Source of the DNA: Azolla caroliniana
Lineage: Eukaryota; Plantae; Polypodiophyta
NCBI GenBank assembly: GCA_043228905.1
Contig: JBHGNT010001270.1
Coordinates: forward strand, 1 to 10,500
DNA: 10,500 nucleotides
Direction of reading: 5' to 3'
The position numbers were made by a program, and so were the translations under genes. Of the stretch, positions 1 through 8,900 are shown piece after piece. The first letter of the stretch is position 1, and each line of letters opens with the position of its first letter. The notes below the pieces were generated by a model that was not told the DNA's origin, searched no databases, and saw only the letters and a list, made by a program, of their open reading frames with translations.

Positions 1-119
1 GCGGATGCGTACATTGCGCGATCGGGACTTTTGCGCGCGGACGCGTCTACGGTTTGGTTGTGACGCATGTACGGATTGCGCATGGATTGTGTCATTTGGC
101 CGAATTATACGGATAGTCA

Positions 120-248
120 CATGCAACCAAAAGCCAAGGCCATGCAACTAAAAGTAAAAGGCATGCATCTAAAAATGGAAGCATGCAACTAAAAGTAGAG
201 GCCATGCAACTAAAAATAGAGGCCATGCAACTAAAAGTGGGCATGCAA
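120..248 (+). repeat. Tandem minisatellite, ~21-bp unit, consensus CATGCAACTAAAAGTAGAGGC, 6 full copies plus 1 partial
   Basis: Units start at 120, 141, 162, 182, 203, 224 and 242, and each begins with CATGCA. Confidence 0.95.
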
Positions 249-283
249 AGTAACATTGGGGAAGAGGATCAACAAAGAGCTCG

Positions 284-343
284 ATATATGTCCCTTTTTT
301 TCCCTCTACTTTTTTTTTCCTTCCTTCCCTCTTCTTCCCTCTC
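284..343 (+). promoter_or_regulatory. Putative LTR core promoter: TATA-like ATATAT followed by a pyrimidine tract
   Basis: ATATAT at 284-289, then ~53 nt of almost pure C/T (291-343), directly downstream of the tandem array. This is the usual U3/R layout of plant LTRs. Function is inferred. Confidence 0.4.
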
Positions 344-701
344 GGATTCGAGAAACAAATTATCTCACATATTGATATCAAACTCCTAGCTTTGTTTACT
401 AGAGCTTTCTTGTCAAAAATTATCTCTCGTATTCATATCGGACCACTCCTTGCATGATTGTTGGCTCCTTTCTTTGAAAAATTAATCTCTCATTTCCATA
501 CCCAACCCATTGTAACACGATTCTGAAATTATAAAGAATCGATTTTCTTTTGCAATAAACTAATGATTTGTCTCTTCCACTTGTCTTATGCTTAAAACTT
601 GCTTGTGTTGTACGTGTTGCAATAAATCCTTCTAATCCAGAACCCTGACGGTTCCGTCTCACGATCCGCACATAGTGACAGATTTTCACTACATAATTAA
701 G

Positions 702-719
702 TGGTGAACCCCACGTGAA
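702..719 (+). other. Primer-binding site complementary to the 3' end of tRNA-Trp
   Basis: TGGTGAACCCCACGTGAA differs at one base (712) from TGGTGAACCCGACGTGAA, the reverse complement of the plant cytosolic tRNA-Trp 3' end as I recall it. It lies between the LTR end and the gag ATG. Confidence 0.8.
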
Positions 720-750
720 AGAGGCGGTAGGGAGGATATCAAGTGCAACG

Positions 751-1989
751 ATGGCATCCACAAGCGGAACTCATGGAGAGGAATTAACGGAAGGCATGGT
801 GTTCGTAGTGGAATACATGTTGAAGGTGAGAGATCGAGAAGCTTTAATCGACAAAGCTGTTGATCATACGGTCGAGATAGCTGGACGATTTGGTGGCAAG
901 AACATCATGGATTTTCTTGCTACCTATCGGAATGAGATGCAACAAAGGGATGTCAATGATCTCAAACAAATTTCTAGCTTCAAACGTGTGGTGGAACCAG
1001 GGATCCACGAGCGCGTCGTGGAGATCCAAAACGAGCATGCAACTTGGGCGGAGTTCGAAAAGGCGCTTCTTGCTGAATACATGCTTGAAGACACGTCACG
1101 GATGACTCGACATATGCTCATGACGTGGATCGAGAAGAAAGGGAAGAATATGTGTGCGTCGGGAGTATATGCGGAATTCGACCAAAAGTACAACCGACTT
1201 CTGAGTGTTGATCAACGAGTTCTCGATGGAGATAAAGTCCTGAAGGCAGTGGATGCGAAAGATCGGCGAGAATTGGGCAACTTTTTGGAGGATGAAACAC
1301 AACCGAATGGCTTGGTAGCGGACTGGGCGATGGTGAAGAAGGCTTGTAGTTGTCTTGACAAGCGTCGATAATGGCAAGAGGAAATTGATATGGAGAATCC
1401 ACAATCGTGGAGGAGGAAGGTGCCTATGATGATCGAGCCTAGCAAGCCGATCAACAATTTCGACAAGAAAGCGATGGAGGAATCTATAATCGAAGAGCTC
1501 TCCAAGAAGTTTGAAGCGGTATCGTTGGCCAACTTAGGTCTACGCGGGCCCAAGGGAAAAGAAGCGTATAAATGTGTGGTGCGACAGCTTCGAGCACTTG
1601 CGAAGGGAGTGCATTGACTTGTAAGACGCGATTCGCAAGAATGTTGTCTATTTGGACGGCAACATGATTCACTTGAGCGAGACCCGAAAGCCACTACGAG
1701 TGAACTTCGAAAGAGGCGGGCTGAAAAAGATCGTGGAAGAGGAAGATGCAAGGCATGTGGAAGCCATGCACTACGCCGCATCGGCGGGAATAGAGTCAGA
1801 AGAGAGAATCTAAAGACGATCAAACTGGGAGTTGGGTTTTGGCCAATGGTATTCGAGTGTGAAAAGAAAGGAAAAATAGATTTGGAGGATCTAAATCATG
1901 CTGATCGGAATGTGCGACGAGTTACCGGATGGTCGGATCCAATTGACGATAACACACGCTTTGCAGAGGTTGTGTGTACAACACTATAA
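751..1989 (+). pseudogene. gag: Retrotransposon gag pseudogene
   Basis: Frame 1 runs from ATG 751 (MASTSG...ATWAEFEKALLAEY...) through an in-frame TAA at 1369-1371 and continues to 1575. After a frameshift, frame 2 reads WCDSFEHLRREC IDL*DAIRKNVVYL...AASAGI (TAA 1622-1624). A second shift near 1792 returns to frame 1 (RVRRENL...RRVTGWSDPIDD...) until TAA 1987-1989. Confidence 0.8.
1573..1612 (+). other. CCHC zinc knuckle of Gag, split by a frameshift
   Basis: TGT G TGG TGC GAC AGC TTC GAG CAC TTG CGA AGG GAG TGC. Restoring one TG in the TG run gives C-V-W-C-D-S-F-E-H-L-R-R-E-C, an exact CX2CX4HX4C. Confidence 0.85.
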
Positions 1990-3144
1990 TTCATCAATTT
2001 CCTATAAACACTATAACCACAATATTGGTAACATCTCATCATTAATAAATCCAAAAGCAATGCCTACTTGAGTCTTTACCTTATTCCCACATGTAACTTC
2101 TCTTTGGCATACATATATTATAAGTACTTTATTTATATTATATTCAAACTTTGGCATTTCCATAAAGATAGAGTTTACTCACATATGGGAAACACTAGGT
2201 TGTATAATGTACTCAATCATAAATTCCAAGTAATGGTGGTATAGAAATTAAAAGTTTGTGTCATTGGCACTAACAAATCTCAATTTGGTTTTAAATGTCT
2301 TTTGACACATTCCACAAATTTTGGCACTTGATAAGCTCTTTTCGACAATGGCTCTTTCAACTTAACGTTTCAAAAGCCAAAAGTAATAATACGAACTACC
2401 TCTAAATTGATGGAAAAAAATGACCACCATTCCATGCTTTTACCAGTCCATTCAACTCTCGATAAATGATGGATCTTAGAAATGAGTTTGGATCAAAGGA
2501 TGGCAATGTTCAAGTTTACTATGGATCAAACACCTTTACTTATGGTGTATCATAGAAAATGTCTTAGATTAGAGACTTACGTATTCAACTATAAATTTTC
2601 TTAAACCCGAAGTATTTAGTTCTATTCTATTTCTCAAGAAACAAAATACACATTTGTTAAAATTCTTTATTGGCATATGTCAAGGTTTGTCTTAGAATCA
2701 ATCAATATTTCAAGTATCTGTTCTTCATTGCTCTATCGAGTTTGGAAGAGATTTCAAGATTGGAATATAGAACCTTGCATCCCAATGAGCTTGTGAAGAA
2801 AAAATACAGTTTTTTTCATGCTACTAATGTGAGACTAATCCCCCACAACTCATTGACTAGGTTGAATAGCCTTCCTAGCCTCATTGTGCATAAGCCTAAT
2901 TTTTATTCAATTTTATAAGATCCATGATAGTATCCATAGTTACATTGGTTTTGCAAGCATGTTTTATGTTAGCTGCAATGTTTGGATTTCCATTTGTGAG
3001 CTTACAAAATGTCACAATAGTGTCCAGACCACATCCCTTGTGGGACGCATCAACCTTGTCTTCTATTTAGAAGATTGTCCATGTCATTAACATAAGGATG
3101 ATCCCTTTTCACTAGTTGTGTTTTTCATAAGGACTGATAATGTT

Positions 3145-3387
3145 CAGCTCCCGGAGCGGGAACAAAGACTGGTGGGGGTGGACAAAGTCTTGTTGTTTGT
3201 TAGGTCGATCGACCGAGCAGAACGGGAGGCCATCGGAATCAAGCTCGAAGATGAAGATGGAGCGAATGGCCTTACTGGGGACTGGTCGAAAGTCAAACGA
3301 GTATGCCGGCGGTTGGATGAGGAGCGCTCCGCGAACCCCTTCGCCTCCAAACAAGGTAGTGTGACAAAATAACATGTCACTCTCACA
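3145..3387 (+). mobile_element. Isolated fragment of a second, related retrotransposon gag followed by an LTR-end-like sequence
   Basis: GC-rich island in AT-rich DNA. 3145-3327 encodes QLPEREQRLVGVDKVLLFVRSIDRAEREAIGIKLEDEDGANGLTGDWSKVKRVCRRLDEER. This aligns by eye with 1195-1368, RLLSVDQRVLDGDKVL---KAVDAKDRRELGNFLEDETQPNGLVADWAMVKKACSCLDKRR. The island ends in the hairpin GTGACA-N8-TGTCAC plus TCTCACA. Confidence 0.8.
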
Positions 3388-4946
3388 ACTCATTGTCCTC
3401 TCAATGACTTTAGAGTGATTTTTTAAAAGGGAAATATTATACTATAATAATCTGTTTCATGCTTGAAATATGACAATTACAATTATTCGGAAACAATTTG
3501 TCCAAAATTTACTTAATTGGATAAGTTACTCTCTTAGATTTAATCATTGCAACAACAATATTCAAATTTGAGAAATTATTTATACTCAATTTCTTTGATA
3601 AATATTCAATACCTTGGGTAAGTTCCCTTGTGAGAAAGAGATAGTACGTGTGAATAGGTATGTGGTTTCATTCAAAAGACTTTGATAACAATTATATGCC
3701 CATTCTTTTTAATCCACTCAAAAAAAGTGATCAACTATGAACACTTTGATAACAACTCTCATTGTACAAGTTACTAAGAGTGTTTTCATGGATGAGAAAC
3801 ATAGAACATGTAGATTAAAATGTTGTGACTCTAAATTGTTTTCACAAAGGCAAAGGAGTGGCAATTGAAAACCATTGTTTCCAACACAGTAGGAAGAAAC
3901 AATGTAGGATGTGCCCATACTCACACAACTTGGTTCTCTCCCATAACCCCTCCTAGTATCTTGACCACCTTTGATTTTCTTTGTTTTGCATATGGGTAGA
4001 CAATAGTATCTACAGTCCTCCACACTCCCAAACCATGGGTTGCAACACAAATGGAGTCCCATGGATATTGGCGGGACCCTTTTTAACCACTTGTTTCCTC
4101 CCATTAAAAATTATGTTTGTTCACTCTTCCTCTTTTAACTGAAATTTTCTTGTTCTTCTCTTTAAGGTGAAGCAATCAATGAAGTCACCACATTTTGCAT
4201 GATCCTCTAGTCCCATACAAATTTGATTGCAGCCATTAAGCCATTAAGAAATTTGTGCCTTGCTAACATGCCTACAGCTACATCAATTTAGTGTATGGGA
4301 AACAAGGTCATAGATTATAGCAACATTAACCTTTCAGTAGTTCATTCAAATCCTTAAAACTTTATTTTTTTGTTTAGGACTACTAGCTAGCTGGCTTGCT
4401 TAACCAAGGTTTTGAATCCAAAGCAAAGAATTTTTTCTGGCTTATTCTTCGTCTTTCCATGCATGACTCAAAATCATATAACATTGAGCCCCACTAACAA
4501 TAATAAAATCTATCTCCCATTCAAAGAAGACAATTTGTAAGTACTTTGATTGACTCTTTGTTTGATTAGCTATATTCACACATCCATGCATGTACACAAC
4601 ACACAAAGTGCTCTTTAGTTGCTGACTGCCTAATATTGGTGACACGACCATGTGCTAGTTGGAGTTATATGATTTACATGTATTGATTTATGTAGAGTAT
4701 AAACAGATGAATCACAACAATGAATTTAGAATTACAATGCAGTTTTGCTAATCAACATATACTCGTAATTGGCTAACAAATGGTTGCATTCATCCACCTA
4801 GCTTCACAACTAGTTTTCTTATGTTTAAAAGAAACAATCATCAGGCATTTACCATTTGCCTCATACGAAAGCAAGAATTAAATATCAAACCATTGTAATG
4901 CAGAAGAATAAAAACATAGAATTATAATGAGACACATCATTACCTT

Positions 4947-4952
4947 TTTATT
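4947..4952 (-). terminator. Candidate polyadenylation signal (AATAAA) of the YSL gene
   Basis: TTTATT on the + strand, ~120 nt downstream of the YSL stop codon. The hexamer is common in AT-rich DNA. Confidence 0.3.
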
Positions 4953-5071
4953 GGTTAGTTGAATCCATACTTACGCCAACTAGTGCCCCCGTTGTTTAAA
5001 ATGAATCAACATTAGCAATGCATTTGTCCAGTTAATGTGACCATTGCCCAAATCATTGATGGGAATGATGG

Positions 5072-5997
5072 TTATGTTGATGCAAACGACATGCAAATTG
5101 GAGGATTTACATTGCACAAGGAAAGGACGGCTGACGGGATGGTCCAAACGCCATCACCACTTATCAATCCTGATGCCATTGCAGCCACATACATATCTGC
5201 ATCGATCTTGTTCCGTCTCTCCCATACATACACTATCAGTGTCCCTATAAACATGTCGATGGTAAAGTATGCCCCTATGTAGAATGGGATGGCCATTGCC
5301 ATCGGAATCGGAAAGAACCGAGAGATCTTTGATGGAACCACATCTCGGACAAAATTCAGCAACAAGGCCAGAGAGAAAAAAGCACAGCACAACTCAAGGC
5401 AATACGAAGGAAGAGCTGACAATCCTTCGACTCCAATAATGGCCATTTCACGATATAACACGGCATAAGGGGCAGAATACTGTCCATCCGGGTCTCCTAT
5501 ATCAAATGCATTCCAGAACATCCAAAACGTAAGAGGTGCAATGATGCAACCCAAAGCTGTGCCAAGTATTTGGCTGATAAACATGGATAGTGGCGATGAG
5601 CCAGTAAGGTGACCCGTCTTGAGGTCTTGCATAAGATCGGCTGCAGTCGACACAATACTCATCATTACACCACAAGAAGCCAACCCAGCTATCACACCTC
5701 CATTGCTGCCCACCCAAGCAGAAAATATGAAGAGCCCTACTTTTCCATAAGTGGATGTCAAATTCCAATCCGTTAGGCCCGATCCATATGCGTTGCAAAA
5801 GGCGAGTACTGGTGCCATAATGTAACATATGAGTACATGGTACCATTTCAAAGACGAGAATAGCAACGGTATAACCCCAATAGCTATTAGTCCTAGTATC
5901 ACATAGCCTGATGCAGCAATCCAAAACGGAATTCCTTCACTCATAAATATGGCATTCAGCTTTGCTTCCTTACTGGGTAGATTTGTACCACCTTCAC
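5072..5997 (-). CDS. YSL6: YSL terminal coding exon
   Basis: Acceptor atatttatAG|GT GAA GGT. Encodes (G)[25 protein letters not shown]...[10 protein letters not shown], with TAA at 5074-5072. Confidence 0.95.
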
Positions 5998-8900
5998 CTA
6001 TAAATATGTAGATATTGTCAGATATTTATCATAAAAAAATCTCAACTTTATACAACCTTGTTGTTACATCTTAATTTCCTTTATTACCAAGTTATTCCAC
6101 TTTCCTTACAATCTTATATTTGTAGGTTCCCTAAATATACACTAAAATCTATTATCAACTTCTGGATGGTCAAACTGATTCCTCAATCTACATCATACTT
6201 ATTACATGATTTCTAGCTTAGTACAATTAAAATAATGTGGATTACCTTCTACATGCGTACAGTGCTATTTCATTTATAAAGCATGGTTATAAATTTGGTT
6301 TCTATCATTAACTCTACATGTGTATCATTATTGCTATTTAAATGTATATATACATCAAGTCTTTTATCACTAGTGCTATTTGAATGCATACACATTCATT
6401 TCTATCATGTCTTTTACATTTTAATATTGCTATTGTGAATCTCTTTATATCAATTTATCACATCTTCTACATGATCCTGTTGTTATCACAGTTTGTATAA
6501 AACTTTTTACCTTGAGGAAATTGAGGAAGTTCTTTTCTGCCCTTGTGTCTCACATATATGGATCTCAGTGTTATGATTATGATTTTGATTAAATTATAAA
6601 GTCCATCACCTAAAATCACGGCAACAGGAATGAAAACCTGTTTTCCAAAGGTATGATTTTAGAATCTAATGTATATTCTGATTTTCTTCAAAGAACATCT
6701 GCAATATTCGCATAAAAAGGAATAACAATAATCACCTTATATCCTAAAAGGCCATTAAAATCGGTGCTTTCAAGACCTTCTGGATACCAGTCTCCAGCCT
6801 TGGATTGGATAAACGGCCACAATATTCCCCATGAAAGAATGGCTCCTAGAAGAATGGAAAAATTGACAATATGGGGACAAATCATTCCTGCCCCAATGTA
6901 TGTGGCACTGAAGTCGAAGTAGAACCTATATAAAAATAAGATAAAAAATCAGTCTTTTGATGCCATATTGATGATCATTCTCACGATGGTATCAGCCCCA
7001 TCTTATCGATTGCAATTGGTCTTCCGTAGACATTAAAAACATATCTGTACAAAATGTTTCTATTTGAGAACATATGCCATGGCAGAGATATCAAATTGGG
7101 TTCTCAGGAAGTACACATTTGACACTTTATTCATATGAATGCTTTCTCTATGGGATTTTTAACTATGGGTTTACTATACCCTTAAGCCAACACAGACAGA
7201 TTGAAAATGTCCAAACATATTTTCTTATTAAGTTTCTTTGAGCCAAGATAAATGACCCACACAGTCCTTGGGATTAAATCAATTCCAATTGAGATCATGG
7301 ACATGGAAAGGCTTGCTGATTAACATGGGAAGCAAGTAAAAGTACTGAAACGACACGTAAAAGAAAACAATTTAAGTCCTGACTAAATGGAAAATGTAAA
7401 CAAATGTGTCGGAAGATGGCACACAGTTCATTTGTTTTGCAACAAATCAATAGAGTCCTTAATTATTACAGCTTTTTTTAAACATAATAGAGATATGGAT
7501 GTTCATGTTTCATTAAATATGTCGCACCAAACTACGAAACCATCATCTTCTATGAATGGGGAATCTGTATTCACAAATACATGTTAAAACCAATCACTTT
7601 GTCTCCAAACCATATCATTGCTTCCATACAATGGACTTAGCATCACAAGCAACAAGACTGATTGACTATCACACTTTGCTGTCATACACCATCTTCAACC
7701 ACATTTGAGTTGCTTTCCATGCAATGTCAATCTGGTCCGAACCATCCTTACATGTATTTCCCTCACAAATCTGTGTTACTTCACTAAATGGCATTGTGGA
7801 CAGTAAGGGTTGAAACATGGCCTTCCAGTCTCCCAAAGACAACTTTATCAACTGATATACAACACTCTTCATTCACATCCAGACACCCATACCCAAGAGA
7901 GGAAGATGTGCAATCCCATTGATGCACATGAGCTCATGCATTGAAATAGGAACTGGCATTTGGCTGAATATTGCACAAATAAGATCTGTGATTTATGTTG
8001 CCTCAGAGCAATGTCACTTTAGAATGCCTCATAAATGAGGACAGCATGCTTCCATCCAGGATTTCCTGCAAGGTTGTACAAGCTTTCAAGAATTCCAAAA
8101 GAGGACAAAACCATGACCAGAAACATTAGTCATTTCGTTTGGTTGTCTACTCACACAGCCAAATTCGTGGAAGATCCAAACAATTAAATTTCGAATCAGA
8201 TTTCTTTTATTTTGGCTCGAACATTTCAAAATCCTGCACCTACACAATTGGGAACAGTACTCTGTAACTATTGATTTGACCAATGGTTCGTGTTTCTCCC
8301 CTCATGAAAACGAATATATCATCATCGTCATCATCTTTATCTTTATCTCTCGCTTCATAGAGAGTAGTGTGTTAATTGTTTGGAAGCTTAGGGATATTTT
8401 AGTGCATAACCAACAAGTTAGGCAAGTTTTAGTCTGCTTCCCTAAAAGCAGTACCAATAATTTACAAGAGTGGAGAACACTATTAGTTCATGTGAATATT
8501 ACAGTCTCCTTGTAAATGATTTGATGGGACATCTTATCTACCCACCTTAACCTACCTCCAACTAAGGGCTTCTCTTACACGACTAAGGTTTTAAAATATC
8601 TCAAAGGGGTCTTTCATATTAGGCCAATGCACCCATGCCTAACTGGAGGACTAGGGATGTAGCATGGATGGCGACTGTTTTGATAGAAGAGATGTCATTG
8701 GTAAATAATATGTTGCATCAAGGCTCATATTGTACTATTATCTTCCTTCTTAATTGATAAATAAACAATAGAGAGATGATGTCAACATTCTCAGGACAGT
8801 GATTTTGTACGTCTATCACAATCTTGATGATCAGGTAAAAACATTAGACTAGAACCACAACATGAAATCTTTCTGTCAATATTGCCAAGATAGATACTAT

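Larger units (their letters stand above)
1..693 (+). repeat. 3' portion of the 5' LTR (begins upstream of the window)
   Basis: Ends in ...ACTACA just before the PBS. Contains a tandem array, a TATA-like box with a pyrimidine tract, AATAAA at 554-559 and 621-626, and a terminal hairpin TAGTGA-N7-TCACTA (673-691). No partner LTR is present to confirm the boundaries. Confidence 0.7.
1..1980 (+). mobile_element. Truncated, degenerate Ty3/Gypsy-type LTR retrotransposon (5' LTR end, PBS and gag; no pol or 3' LTR in the window)
   Basis: Canonical order is present: LTR-like segment ending ...CACTACA (693), PBS TGGTGAACCCCACGTGAA (702-719), then a gag-like frame from ATG 751 with a CX2CX4HX4C knuckle. 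Composition drops abruptly to AT-rich at ~1980. The Gypsy assignment is inferred from gag and PBS character because no pol domain order is visible. Confidence 0.85.

Noticed and set aside
120-248. CRISPR-like appearance of the repeat arrays (also 10030-10346)
   Set aside because: The units are tandem with related rather than unique spacers, there are no cas genes, and the context is eukaryotic with introns.
169-389. ORFs 183..389 (+) and 169..381 (-) with MQLKVEA-type repeats
   Set aside because: These are translation artefacts of the 21-bp minisatellite and pyrimidine tract in the LTR.
844-1823. Several minus-strand and alternate-frame ORFs over gag, including 1212..1823 (203 aa)
   Set aside because: They are shadow ORFs of GC-richer gag sequence with no recognisable motifs.
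1982-3022. Possible CACTA transposon (CACTATAA at 1982, TAGTG at 3018-3022)
   Set aside because: Only 5-6 bp of terminal complementarity, and I saw no 3-bp TSD, subterminal repeats or transposase.
2670-3090. ORFs 2670..2918 and 2884..3090, and possible decayed transposase on either strand
   Set aside because: They are short, use non-ATG starts and show no family motif I can recognise. A translated database search would be needed.
3718-4104. 128-aa minus-strand ORF, and a Helitron-like CTAGT end near 3955
   Set aside because: The ORF has no recognisable domain, and the hairpin before CTAG is too weak to call a Helitron end.
5037-5924. ORFs overlapping the last YSL exon in other frames or antisense
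   Set aside because: They are shadows of the YSL coding exon.
7387-8515. Four short ORFs inside the 2-kb intron as a nested gene or extra exons
   Set aside because: YSL homology is continuous across the intron (YEKT|FYFDFS), and the ORFs are under 80 aa with no motifs.
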